Assembly (NCBI RefSeq): GCF_009914755.1
Contig: NC_060933.1
Reading direction: 5' to 3' (one strand)
DNA: 64,000 nt
From: the human T2T-CHM13v2.0 reference genome, Homo sapiens
Positions 44,692-63,538 of this stretch are shown here, piece by piece. Under the pieces are notes generated by a model. It did not search any database. It worked only from the letters and a program-made list of their open reading frames with translations, and had not been told where the DNA came from. The position numbers were made by a program, and so were the translations under genes. Each line of letters begins with the position of its first letter. Position 1 is the stretch's first letter.

Positions 44692-45030
44692 TGAGACCAT
44701 CCTGGCTAACACGGTGAAACCCCTTCTCTACTAAAAATATGAAAAAATTAGCCGGGCACGGTGGCTCACGCCTGTAATCCCAGCACTTTGGGAGGCCGAG
44801 GCGGGCGGATCACGAGGTCAGGAGATCGAGACCATCCTGGCTAACACAGTGAAACCCTGTCTCTACTAAAAATACAAAAAAATTAGCCAGGTGCTGTGGC
44901 GGGCGCCTGTAGTCCCAGCTACTCAGGAGACTGAGGCAGGAGAATGGCGTGAACCCGGGAGGCGGAGCTTGCAGTGAGCCGAGATCCCGCCACTGTACTC
45001 CAGCCGGGGCGACAGAGCAAGACTCCATCT

Positions 45031-45070
<40 letters not shown>

Positions 45071-45807
45071 TTACTTGCCTGTATTAGAAAAGGGATGGGT
45101 TAGGCCAATCTTGCCCATATAGCTTCACGTGCACCAAATACAACCCTTGTTTAGAAGAAAAAATCAAACACACATCCCAAGGAGGTAAGGAGCAGATAAA
45201 GCAGAAGTTAGCTTTACTTTATCTGAGAAATGGTGTGATATGGCAGTAGGAGCCTGGGCTTGCAATCCGGCACATCTGGGTTCCAATGACAGCTCTGTGA
45301 CCTTGGACATGTCACTTGACTCCTCTGAGCCTCGGTGTTATATAATAACAAATTCCTAAACATCTAGCAGAGTTCTTGGCATACCATATGTGTTCAATGA
45401 ATGTGAATGCCTTTTTCTATTCTACCTCTAGCTCAATCAACCAGCAACTCCAAGTTTATGTTTCCCAGTACATTCATCCTGACATGCAAAAAATGTTTTC
45501 CTGTGGTCAATGACAAAGATAAAGGAGCAAGAATCTGAAGCGTTAAAAAGAAAACAAACAAATAAACCACGTGACCTAAACCCACACTCTGAAAAATTGT
45601 CCCTCCTCACGCAGTTTCTATTCCAGGCTTTATGTGGCCAATCTGAGAAGGTTCTCAAAGCAAATGTTAATTAAAAATGTTTACCACGCTGGACTTGGTG
45701 GCTCACGCCTGTAATCCCACCACTTTGGGAGGCTGAGGCGGGTGGATCACCTGAGGTCAGGAGTTCGAGATGAGCCTCACCAACATGGAGAAACCCTGTC
45801 TCTACTA

Positions 45808-45966
<159 letters not shown>

Positions 45967-45991
45967 TCAAAAAAAAAAAAAATGTTTATCA

Positions 45992-46297
<306 letters not shown>

Positions 46298-47686
46298 TTA
46301 CCAAAGGACAAGTAGTTAAACATCGTGTACAGCTGAGAGTATTGTTATCTGAAACCTAAAATACATTTTCTCAAACCTTTATTTATAAACAAAGACATTG
46401 AACAGGAGTGTTCAAATATGTCCCCAGGCAGTCAGAGGCTTTTCTCTTTCATTCCTTCTGCAGATCCACTGTCTGACCATATCTCTGTGTGCTTTCTTTC
46501 TCTAACAAAGAGCCATGCATTCTAATTAAGGAAATCAATGAAACGTGCAGACCTCTACCCTATGAGTTGTTTGTCAGTTGGCAAATAGATTACTGGCTCG
46601 GTTTTGCTGGAGCCCAGGTAGACTCCACCATTCACAGAGAAGATCAACGTATCACACTTCCTAATCAGTACAACCATTCGACCAAGCAGTTTTATCAACT
46701 TTTTAACAAATAGTATCATTTGTGTATCAGAACAAGAACATGAAAATAAAAGAGAACTAAACCTCCAATGGGGTCATGTGTTTCCAAATGCAAATTGAGA
46801 TCCAAACATTAAACAATAGAGATCATCTAATCCTTTTACAAAGACCCAAATTGCAAATCCAATTCCCATGCCAGAGTGGCTTTGTCTAACAAAGTCGTTA
46901 ATGCAAAGAATCCCCTAGGCAAAGCCTCTTCTCTTTCTGTGGGCTTTGGCACAGCGAGAGCTATATGTGATGTCAGTTATGCTCTCTCGCTGTAAAGTTA
47001 ATTGTGCTTAAAACAAAATCACGTGTTCTCGTGGTCTAGATATGCAGTTTCCAATCCATAGCAACCCAAGGTGTCTTGGTTTGAAAATTAAGACCCATTC
47101 TGACCAAATTATTAATTCCAACAGAATTTTGTGATATTTTTGAATAGGGCCAAAACCTTCATGCTGAATCTGAAAAACACATCTTAATATGCCTTAACAT
47201 GCACCCGATAAACAAGTTAAATGTATCTAAAAAATAATAAGCAATCGGCCGGGCACGGTGGCTCACACCTGTAATCCCAGCATTATGGGAGGCCAAGGTG
47301 GGTGGATCATGAGGTCAGGAGTTCAAGATCAGCCTGGCCAAGATGGTGAAACCCTGTCTCTACGAAAAATACAAAAAAATTAGCTGGCCGTGGTGGGCAC
47401 CTCTAATCCCAGCTACTCGGGAGGTGGAGGCAGAGAATTGCTTGAACCCAGGAGGCAGAGGTAGGAGTGAGCTGCGATTGCGCCACTACAATCCAGCTTG
47501 GGCAACAGAGCAAGACAAAGTCTCAAAATAAGAAGAAGAAGAAGAAGCAATCAAGAAAATTGTAGGGGGGAGAATGGTATATGTGGTTGTAGTTAACATG
47601 GTTGAGTCTTGCAAAGAATCATGTATCACTTTTTTAAGAAAGGTAACAATTTTTTTACTGGGGCTAGAAAGCTGATTTTCATTTAA

Positions 47687-47929
<243 letters not shown>

Positions 47930-47932
47930 TAA

Positions 47933-48103
<171 letters not shown>

Positions 48104-48710
48104 TAGTAAAGTAGATCCTTGAATTGATTACATGTGTTTGAATCAATTGCATGGAAAGAGAAAGTGGAACAAAGCCAGAATGATACTATCACATTTTGAG
48201 GGAATGGTTCCTATGTTCTCTCTAGAGGGAACACAGTGACCAGTGAGTAGTCCTGTCCTAGCTGGCCGGTAACAGAGCACTATACAGAAGGATGATAAAG
48301 CACAGTAAAATACTTTTTTGGATGTTAGAGCACAACATTACATTGAATTTAGAACTTTCCAGGGCCAGGCACTGTGGCTCATGCCTGTAATCCTAGCACT
48401 TTGAGAGGTCGAGGCCCTTAAGCCCAGGAGTTAGAGACCAGCCTGGGCAACATAGGGATACCCTTGTCTCTACAAAATAATTTTTTAAAAAAATTAGCCA
48501 GGTATGGTGGTGCATGTCTGTGGTCTCAGCTACTTGGGGGGCTGAGAGGGAGAATCTCTTGAGCCCAGGCGGTTGAGGCCGCAGTGTGCTGTGATTGCAC
48601 CACTCAGCCTGGGTGACAGGGTGAGACCTCATCCCCCATCTCAAAAAAAGGAAAAAAAACAAAAAAACAGAACTTTCCTCTGAAAGCCATCTTTTCTGCA
48701 TGGTGTTTTT

Positions 48711-48807
48711 TGTTTTGTTGTTGTTTCTTTGTTTGTTTGTTTAGAAACTGATGTTTATTTTCCATCAACCTTATTTCCATGTTGCTTAAGAGCCTGTGCA
48801 AGAACAG
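48711..48807 (-). pseudogene. RPSA (laminin receptor) mRNA 3'-end fragment plus decayed A-tail, fused to U6
   Basis: Minus strand reads CTGTTCTTGCACAGGCTCTTAAGCAACATGGAAATAAGGTTGATGGAAAATAAACATCAGTTTCT, the recalled RPSA 3' UTR, then an A-rich tail. Confidence 0.82.
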
Positions 48808-49171
<364 letters not shown>

Positions 49172-50482
49172 TGATCCACCCACCTTGGCCTCCCAAAGTG
49201 TTGGGCTTACAGGCATGAGCCACCACACCCAGCCAGCAAGATGTTTTTGATCATCTTGATTCCTCTAAGCTTCCCTTGGGCTGTTAGGATGAAGCCATGG
49301 ATGATTGGCCTGTTAAGTAAATCAGATCTAGGTGCTGGTTCCTCAGATGTCAACTTGATGTGACCTTGGGCAAGGTCACAAGTCCTTTATCTGGGTCTTT
49401 TCCTTGAGTTAAATGGTCTTGAAGATGCTTTCCTTTTCAAACGTCTTACGTAATTTTATTTTATTTTTGAGACAGGGTCTTGCTCTGTCACCCAGGTTGG
49501 AGTGCAGTAAAACAATCATAGCTCACTGCAGCCTCAGCCTCCTGGGCTCAAGGGATCTTCCCACCTCAGCCTCTTGAGGAGCCAGAACCACAGGAACATG
49601 CCACCACTCCTGGCTAATTTTGTTATTTTTTTATTTTATTTTTTATTTTTTGGAGAGACAGAGTCTCCCTATATTGACCAGGATGGTTTTGAACTCCTGG
49701 TTTCAAGTGATCCTCCCACCTCTGCCTCCCAAAGTATTGGCATTATAGTTGTGAGCTACCTACGTAATTTTACAGCTTCAGTCCTTGCAATGTTACCCAT
49801 TCCTAGGTGAGGCGGTAACAGTGCCTCAAAGGCAGGGCAATGGTCAATTCCGCGCACTGTCAGAGTGAGTTTATTTAGATGTATTCAGAGGTCAGAAAAC
49901 TACTGTCATCCAGGCAAACTAGAAGAGTCTCAAGCTTGAATTGGAGCAAACCAAATGGGAGGGTTTCACAGCACCCAAAGCTAAACCTTCCTGTTTGGGC
50001 AGACTGGCCCACTCAATATCCTAGAGTAGAAAGTACCCTCTTTTAGCTGGTATGGTGGCTCACGCCTATAATCGCAGCACTTTGGGAGGCCGAGGCGGGT
50101 GGATCATGAGGTCAGGAAAGTACCCTCTTTTAGCTTTTATTTTATTTTATTATTATTTTTTTGAGATGGAGTCTCGCTCTGTTGCCCAGGCTGCAGTGCA
50201 GTGGCACGATCTTGGCTCACTGCAACCTCCGCCTCCCGGTTTCAAGCGAGTCTCCTGACTCAGCCTCCTGAGTAGCTGGGATTACAGGTGCCCACCACCA
50301 CGCCCAGGTGATTTTTGTATTTTTAGTAGAGATGGGGTTTCACCATGTTGGTCAGCCTGGTCTTGAACTCCTGACCTCAAGTGATTCACCTGCCTCGGCC
50401 TCCCAAAGTGCTGGGATTACAGGCGTGAGCCACCGTGCCTGGCCTAAGCTTTTAAAGTGCAATTTTTTTCTTTTTTTTTTTA

Positions 50483-50641
<159 letters not shown>

Positions 50642-50644
50642 TCA

Positions 50645-50926
<282 letters not shown>

Positions 50927-51323
50927 TTAATTGCTTCCTGTAGGTCACCTGACATCCATCTGTCTTCCCCAACACACAACAAACCCCTCAAATGAACAAA
51001 ACTCTTTCCAGAGTCAATGCAGAGAATTACATGGCAAGGAAGAGTTCACAAAAAGGAGATGCCAGGATTTTGAGACAGAGTCTCACTCTGTCACCCAGGC
51101 TGGAGTGCAGTGGCGTGATCTCAGCTGACTGCAACCTCTGCCTCCCAGGATCAAGCAATTCTCTTGTCTCAGCCTCCTAAGTAGCTGGGATTACAGGTGC
51201 AGGCCACCATGCCCGGCTAATTTTTGTATTTTCAATAGGGATGGGGTTTCACCATGTTGGCCACGCTGGTCTAGAACTCCTGATCTCAAGTGATCCACCC
51301 ACTTCGGCCTCCCAAAGTGTGGG

Positions 51324-51490
51324 ATTGACTCTGGAAAGAGTTTTGTTCATTTGAGGGGTTTGTTGTGTGTTGAGGAAGGCAGATGGATGTCAGGCGACCT
51401 ACAGGAAGCAATTGAGAGACCACTGGGCCTGTCCTCCAGGATGCCAAAATTTGGGGAAAGGAGATATTTTATCCTTTCCTTGGATAACCC
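51324..51490. repeat. Inverted copy of 50545-50581 plus 50877-51018
   Basis: Reverse-complement match, 5 mismatches over the ~142-bp contiguous part. Confidence 0.95.
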
Positions 51491-52386
51491 AGGATTTTGG
51501 CTAAATATTCAGTCAATGATTACTTTTATTCAATTAAGTTTAGTAACTGAGGGTATTCAAGGACACATCAAGAAACCTCCTAGTGCCCTCCAGAAGCTCA
51601 TGTCTTTAGGGGAAGCCAGACCCATAAGACCTTATAATAGACTGGGTGCAGTGGCTCACACCTGTAATCCCAGTACTTTGGGAGGCCAAAGCAGGAGGAT
51701 CGTTTGAGGCCAGGAGTTAAGAGACCAGCCTGGGCAATATAGTGAGACCCCATCTATACAGAAAAATAATAATGAAATTAACCAGAAGTAGTGGCACATG
51801 CCTGTGGTTCCAGCTCCTCAGGAGGCTGAGATGGGAGGATCATTTGAGCTCAGCAGTTTGAGGTTGCTGTGAGCCATGTTTGCACCACTGCCCTTCAGCC
51901 TGGGCAACAGAGCAAGACCTTGTCTCAAACAAACAAACAAAATACACAGAAAAACCCCACATAACCTTGTAATACACACGAATAAGGGTTTAATGCAAGA
52001 TCTAAATAGAATGGAGGTGTATTCTTAAGAGCTGGGCTTTTAAGAGACATATAGGCTTTTGTCAGGGTAGTAGGGGTCTTTCCAGAAGCAGTGGAGACCA
52101 GTATCTGCAGGCAAGTTTCAAATGCTGAAACAGCCATGTGCACTGGAGGACCAGAAGTTGTTGAGCATGGCAGGTTTATCTAAGGAGGAACTAGATAGGG
52201 TCTTTTGTTATTGTTGTTGTTGAGACGGAGTTTCACTCTTGTCGCCCAGGCTGGAGTGCAGTGGCATGATCTCAGCCCACTGCCACCTCCACCTCGGGTT
52301 CAAGCAATACTCCTACTTCAGCCTCCCAAGTAGCTGGGATAACAGGCTCCTGCCACCATGCCCAGCTAATTTTTTTTTTTTTTTGA

Positions 52387-52602
<216 letters not shown>

Positions 52603-55600
52603 TGATCCGCCCTCCTTGGCCTCCCAAAGTATTGGGATTACAGGCATAAGCCACCACACCCGGCCCTAGATAGGATCTTGAACAAGCAGCTGGAAGCCAC
52701 AAATAGGGAAGAGACCATGTTAAATCTATATCCACTAAGCACTGGGGACCATGGGAAGTTACAGAATAGGGGAAGGGCTTGACCAGATCTATTTGACCAG
52801 GAGAGCTATGTGCTGGGCCAGAGGTGAGGCCAGAAACAAGAACTTCAGAACAAAAAGTATGAACTGTGTACATGGCATAGTGGCCCCAGCTGAAGAAACA
52901 TCTGCAGGAAACTCTGCCTTCCCTATCTGTCTACTTTGACAAAGGAGATAGTACATTGATAGGGAGACAGAAAGTCTGAGGCTTTTGACTCTTAAACAGG
53001 TTTACTGGAAGAACCTGGATGTTAGCAAATCCTTTTGAATTGGGGTGGATCCTTTATACCTGTAGCCCTACCTGCCCAGCAGACTGAAACAAAGGTATTA
53101 GAAAAGAAGTGCTTTGAGTATGTCAGCAAGAATGAGAAGTGACAGCAAAATGCTAACCTGTAAAGGGAACCTGAGTTTCTTCATCCGCATACTGGAGATG
53201 GGAGAGGAAAATCCCATCCCTACTTTGTAAGATTGAGGTAATGTAGGGTGTAAGTACTTTGTAAGCCTCATAGAGCTGTGCAGAAGGGATTGTTATACAC
53301 CAACAAAAAGTGACCTGGAGCAGGCAAGAAGCATGCTTGTCCTTACAGATAAAATCTCTTCTATTTGTCATGTCTAAGACATTATTCTTTCATAGTTTGT
53401 ACCAATTACCATCTCCTGGTCTCTCAGCAAGTGTATTCAGGGTTTCTCCAATTTCTCCATAAAGTTATTTGCTCTTTAAGCTTTTAAATGGATATATAGG
53501 TATAGCACCTGAGTGCATTGGTTTTGTATCATGGGGATTTGGACACTATTTAGTAATATATTGATCCAGTGCCAGTTAGTACAGATTCAAATATTATACG
53601 TGAGACAGGAATTATAGCCCCACTTGACCTTCTGGTCCTCTCTCTCTCTCTAAAAACCTAACTTTCTTGTTTCCTGCTCTACTTAGATTATATTATTATA
53701 ACATGTAAAATGGACATGAAAAGAAACATAACCAGCCTTGGCAACATAGGGAGACCCTGTCTTTACAAAAAACAAAAGCAGGCCCGGCACGGTGGCTCAC
53801 GCCTGTAATCTCAACCCTTTGGGAGGCCGAGGCAGGTGGGTTACTTGAGGTCAGGAGTTCAAGAACAGCCTGGCCAACATGGTGAAACCCCATCTCTACT
53901 AATAATACCAAAAAAAAAAAAAAAAAAAAGAAAAATGTTGTGTTAGGTATCCTCAGGTGAGATGTCAAAGGGATTTCTAACTGTGAATTTACTTTTTGCT
54001 GTTATTAAATTGAATTTGTTTATTTCCTCCTTTCCTTTAAGAACAAGTGGAGGCCGCGCGTGGTGGCTCACACCTGTAATCCCAGCACTTTGGGGGACCG
54101 AGGCGGGAGGATCACTTGAGGTCAGGAGTTCGAGAACTGGCCAACATGGCGAAACCCCGTCTCTACTAAAAATGCAAAATTAGCCTGGCGTGTTGGTGCT
54201 TGCCTGTAGTCCCAGCTACTCTGGAGGCCGAGGCAGGAGAATGGCTTGAACCCAGGTGGCGGAGGGTTGCAGTGAGCAGAGATTGCGCCACAGCACTGCA
54301 GCCTGGGCGACAGAGCAACGTCTCAAAAAAAAAAAAAAAAAAAAAAAGACCAAGTGGAGAAAGACATCTGGGCGAATGATTGCAACATGCTGACTCATCT
54401 AGGGTGTCGAGAAGACCGAAGCAATTTAAAAAAGTATATTATATCAAGGGCACCGTGGAAAACAATTAAAAAGATGGGCTCCAGATGCACATGACTCCAG
54501 AGAAGCAGTTTGACTAATATTTAAACCCCATGCACCCGTTCCTCCCCAGCTAAGTTAACTGGCTGTGGTAGCCTTGATTCCAGCCTGAAAGATTTTTCTG
54601 TGTATGCTAACATTTTAGCAGTTGCTTTCCCTCTGTTTTGACTGTGACCAGGGGAGTAAAGCACCAGGTTCTTCAAATGGATTTAAGAATTTATTAGTTT
54701 TTCAGGAGATGGTGAGAAATTTACTCAAGATTCACCTTGCTGTTTAAGATAAAGTTTTCCAAAGGGAAACTTTCCAACTTTCATTTTAGTTTCATTTAAT
54801 GTAGAAAAAAAGTTTTTATTTTCATGCAGTATTCTAACTTTAACAGTAGTTTGTGGTTTTCCTCCCCCCCACAGGTAGAACATTCCATGATATTTTTTAC
54901 AGCATTCATTATATAGACTGGTCTTGGAGGTTTTATATGAAATATTATTGAATGACTCTGCGTGTGAACAATGAATGATAGTTTCATAAACAACCTTTAG
55001 GAGGCAGACATAGCTTCGGTTTAGCACTATAAAAACATGTCACTATACAATAGCCTGTAGAAGGTGCTACGAAAATACAAAGAAGTAAAACAAATAGATA
55101 AAACGCAATATGTAATAAAATCATGAATAAAATGATAAGAATAATACATAAAGTAAAAGGGTTTATGTGGGACTGGGTGGCATTCATGTCTGTATGAGAG
55201 ACAGGGAAATAAATGGACAAGAGTGGGTGAGGGAGTATCTAGGCTACAAATCCATCTATGTATGTATGTTGTGTTGAATGGAGCTTCAGAAGCCAGAACA
55301 TTTAATAGGACAGGTGGCTGATACAGGCTGCTAAATTTAGATACTCCCATTTGTTGAAGTACAACAGGTACCACCACTGCTTGTTTTAATATTTTCTCTG
55401 TGGACTTGCTTCTGTAGCATAAAGACTACCTCCCCTGGGCTTCCTTATATGGAAATAAATTATATGTAAAAATTATCAATCTCCAACTGTGAAGAGCATT
55501 TCATGTTTCTAAAAATTGTAACACTTTTTCATTGATTTTTTTTTTTTTGATAGAGATGAGGTCTTGCTATGTTTCCCAGGCTGCTCTCAAACTCTTGGCC

Positions 55601-56332
55601 TCAAGCAGTCCTCCCACCTCAACCTCACAAAGTGTTGGGATTACAGGTGTGAGCCACCACACCCGGCCTGGAACAATTTTTGGAAGAAAAAGAAATATTC
55701 CTCATGACCATCCTACTTGAGATAGTGAAAGCATCTGTTTTGTTTTACAAACTGAAACAGGATAGCAAGAGTCAAATACGTTTTCAGGCAGAAAGAATTT
55801 TATCAGAAGAGACATTTTGCTGGAAAATAGGTGGACTGAAAGTCTGTTGATGTGTGTAGGAAACATCATTGTTAATCCTTTGTGTGTGTAGGCACACAAG
55901 TTAAAATAAGAAACAGTAAAATTAAGTGTCATAAGGAAAATATAATAAGCAGGCATCACAATTATTAGGTACTCTTTATTGTATAGTGTATAAACGGCTC
56001 TGTAACACCATAATGACAGCACACCTAGGAGCCCACAGCTGATAGGTCCCAGAGTAAATAATTTAGCTATTGGCGTATGTCGAATAGTATTTTGTTTGGT
56101 CACAGTTTTGGGAAATCTTCCTCATTCATTTTAGATATTGAAGCTTTCTTTTTCAGGCTAGAAAAAGTTAATGTAGGCTGGGTGCTATGGCTCATGCCTG
56201 TAATCCCAGCACTTTGGGAGGCCGAGGCAGGAGGATTGCTTGAGCTCAGGAGTTCGAGACCAAACCTGGGCGACATAGTGAGACCCTGCCTCTATAAAAT
56301 TTTTTAAAATTAAATTAAAAATTAAAAAAATA

Positions 56333-56500
56333 GGGGTTGGGGAGAGGGAGCATCAGTTAGAATAGCTAATGGATGCTGGGTTTAATATCTAGGTGCAACA
56401 AACCACCATGGCACATGTTTGCCTATGTAACAAACCTTCACATCCTGCACATGTACCCTGAACTTAAAAGCTGAAGAAAAAGAATTAAATAAAAATTAAG
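56333..56500 (+). mobile_element. Short 5'-truncated older L1PA 3' end
   Basis: GAATAGCTAATGGATGCTGGG.TTAATA.CTAGGTG...CACCATGGCACATG...CACATCCTGCACATGTACCCTGAACTTAAAA. Confidence 0.8.
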
Positions 56501-57077
56501 AATAAAGAAAAAGTTAACGTAGAGGAATGTTAATCTATGACATCAGAAAATTTTAAATAAATTTAAAATTCTTGATAGTTTATGCATGTTTCTTCTATTC
56601 GAGATAATATGCACTTAGCAAATATAAAGATGGCATTTTTCAGTCATTTTCATACACCGTGTGCCAAAAGATTCTGTATAACAGAGGTGGATTACAAAAG
56701 CAACCAACCACAATTTAACAGAAATTTAAGAAATTTAAACTTAAAGAAATCTAAACATAATTTACAGAATAATGTGTTCTAATGAGGGCTTTTTGTTTAA
56801 ATAATTTTAATTGTTCTTTATATCTTCATTCTTATGAAAAAGTTTTTCAAACTTACTATAGCTGTTTTAGAATATTTGAAAACTTCAAAAAAGAAAATTT
56901 AGGCTGGGCACGGTGGCTTATGCCTGTAATCCCAGCACTTTGGGAGGCCTAGGTGGACGGATCACTTGAGGTCAGCAGTTCGAAACCAGCCTGGCCAACA
57001 TGGTGAGACCCTGTCTCTACTGAATATACAAAAATTCGTCGGGTGTGGTGGTGGGCGCCTGTAATCCCAGCTACTCA

Positions 57078-57500
<423 letters not shown>

Positions 57501-58594
57501 TCAAAAGCCAAAGAAAATACCTTGTGCTGATCTACCATAAGCCTCTTATAAACATCCATTTTTTATTTCATTTATTACATGTACCCATGGTACAAACGCA
57601 CCTCTGGACACTAGATACAATCAATAGTTAATAAGCACTCTAAAAAAAATGCCAGTGAGCAGTGAGCTCTGTCCCCTTGATGATGTTTAGTCACCCACAT
57701 CACTATTACAAGTATATAAGGTGTCAACAAGTGTCACAAATGCTTTTTCCATTTTGCGATAGCCCCAAATGAATTTCAATCTTTCAGGCACCCATCTCAA
57801 GAACTTCAGATTCTAACAGGGCAGTTTTGAGTTTTAATATTAAAACTTCTAATATAAACGCTACAAACTTACCATAACACCATCTTACTTTACACTTAGT
57901 TTTATGAATTTGAATAATTTTTAAATTATTTTATTTCAGTTTGTTTTCCCACCTTCAGTCAGGGGAACTGATTTAGCTTTAAAACAATCTGCCAGAAACT
58001 TTGGTTCTGACCTCTTTAAGGCTGTAACTAGTAGAAGTGATGTATCTTTAACACACACCAAGCATAAATGAACCCTTTAATCCTCAGGAGGGCACTGTGG
58101 AACTACGTTCTTAGGGTTGTCTGCTGTAGGAAGGTTCTTTTGTTACTCAGATGTGAGGGGTGCTGGGACAGGCCTCCACAGAAAACTTTTTTATTTTTAT
58201 TTACTTTAAAAGACAAACCATAAAGATTTTTTTCAAATATGAAACTGAAATGTATATATTTCATAAATATTTTCATACTAAACTGAGCAAATTTAAGGAT
58301 GATTAAGCTGTTTCTACTGGGAAAATCATAGGTAAGGAAACTGCTTTCACGTAGCTTTACGTACATTTGGAAAGAGCAAACCTGAACTGGGTTTTTAATC
58401 TTGTAATTTTTAAACGTACAATAATCAAGAGTTCTCAGCCCTATATTGATAGTATTTATGGTAAAACTAAATAGTTTTTTTTTAATAAAAAAAGGTATTT
58501 TAATTTGTTGACATAAAGTTGGCTTTTTTGTGCGTGCTTCTTACATGCCTTATTAACCCGGTGTGTTTAAACCAAACACTGTTCATATTTTTCC

Positions 58595-58650
58595 AGGAGG
58601 AAAACAAAACAATAAAAAACATTATTCAGATAAAATATTATAGGTTTATT
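58595..58650 (-). terminator. KLF4 polyadenylation signal (AATAAA at 58645-58650) with downstream U/GU-rich element
   Basis: tttatt on the plus strand, ~20 nt before the expected cleavage at ~58625, followed on minus by TGTTTTTTATTGTTTTGTTTT. A second AATAAA lies at 58764-58769. Confidence 0.85.
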
Positions 58651-59523
58651 TAAAACTTAATTCTCACCTTGAGTATGCAAAATACAAACTCCACAAAATG
58701 TTCATTTTACTTTGTAGTTTACAAATATACAAAATAGACGTTTGCTTAAATTTATATTACATATTTATTAAGGCAAGGAACTATATAGAAAAACACATTT
58801 GTTCTGCTTAAGGCATACTTGGGAATAAACCATTGTACAAATTATTGCACATCTGAAACCACAGTGCATAACAGACTGTCTGCATAAAAATGCTAAAGAA
58901 GTAAACCAGGTATATTACCTGACTTAGGTCATAAATGTTGATCGGAAGACAAATATAGATTTTCCTTGTCAAAGTATGCAGCAGTTTGAAAACTTTGGCT
59001 TCCTTGTTTGGTACCTTTAGAACCAAGACTCACCAAGCACCATCATTTAGGCTATTTAAACATGTTTTCTGTACCTGAATTTCTTCCTCTTCTTCTAACA
59101 TCATAATAATGGCTTTTAGAAGGTAAAGAGAATACAAGGTGATCTTTTATGCTTATATTGCATCAATACACAATTCAAGGGAATTCTGGTCTTCCCTCCC
59201 CCAACTCACGGATATAATTTATACCCTGATATCCACAACTTCCAGTCACCCCCTTGGCATTTTGTAAGTCCAGGAATATTCAAGTCGGATTTAGAATTGG
59301 AATGATAGAAGATCCAGTCACAGACCCCATCTGTTCTTTGATTTTTGTCTTTTGGATTCCTCATTTTTCCTGATTATCCACTCACAAGATGACTCAGTTG
59401 GGAACTTGACCATGATTGTAGTGCTTTCTGGCTGGGCTCCTTCCCTCATCGGGAAGACAGTGTGAAAAGTAAAAAATACTGAATTCTCTTCTGGCAGTGT
59501 GGGTCATATCCACTGTCTGGGAT
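58625..59523 (-). other. KLF4: KLF4 3' UTR with multiple miRNA seed matches
   Basis: About 900 nt AU-rich region. Seed matches: miR-7 (59452-59458, 58944-58950), miR-34/449 8mer (59492-59499), miR-200b/c/429 (59475-59481), miR-25/92 (58843-58850, 59156-59162), miR-29 (59036-59042), miR-128 and miR-148/152 (58860-58868). Confidence 0.88.
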
Positions 59524-62945
<3,422 letters not shown>

Positions 62946-63538
62946 TAATGTGGGGGCCCAGAAGGTCCTCGGCAGCCCGAAGCAGCTGGGGCACCTGAAC
63001 CCCAAAGTCAACGAAGAGAAGAAACGAAGCCAAAACCCAAAACCCCAAATTGGCCGAGATCCTTCTTCTTTGGATTAAATATAACTTGGAAGCGTCTTTT
63101 TTAAAAAGTTCCTTTGTATACAAAAGTTCTTAGAAAAGTTGTAAACGCAAAAATAGACAATCAGCAAGGCGAGTAAGTAGGTCCGGTGGCCGGGCTGCGC
63201 TCTCTTCCACTCAGCAGCGTCCCCCACCACTGTCGCGGTCGCCTCGAGTGCTGCCGTGGGCGCAGGGGCTGTGGCCGGGGCGGTGGGCGGGCGGTGCCGC
63301 CAGGTGAGACTGGCTGCCGTGGCGCGGAGCTGCGAACTGGTCGGCGGCGCAGGGCGCGGACTCCGGTGAGTTGTGTGGAGCGCGCGCGGCCATGGGCGCG
63401 GGCCACGGGCGGGTGGGAGGGTGGGGGGCCAGAGGGGCGGGGAGGGTCACTCGGCGGCTCCCGGTGCCGCCGCCGCCCGCCACCGCCTCTGCTCCCCGCG
63501 CGCCCGCAGACACGTTCGTTCTCTCTGGTCGGGAAACT
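62946..63538 (-). other. KLF4: KLF4 5' UTR (exon 1)
   Basis: Starts AGTTTCCCGACCAGAGAG, the recalled mRNA 5' end, about 30 nt downstream of TATAA. Exact TSS is uncertain by a few nt. Confidence 0.85.
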
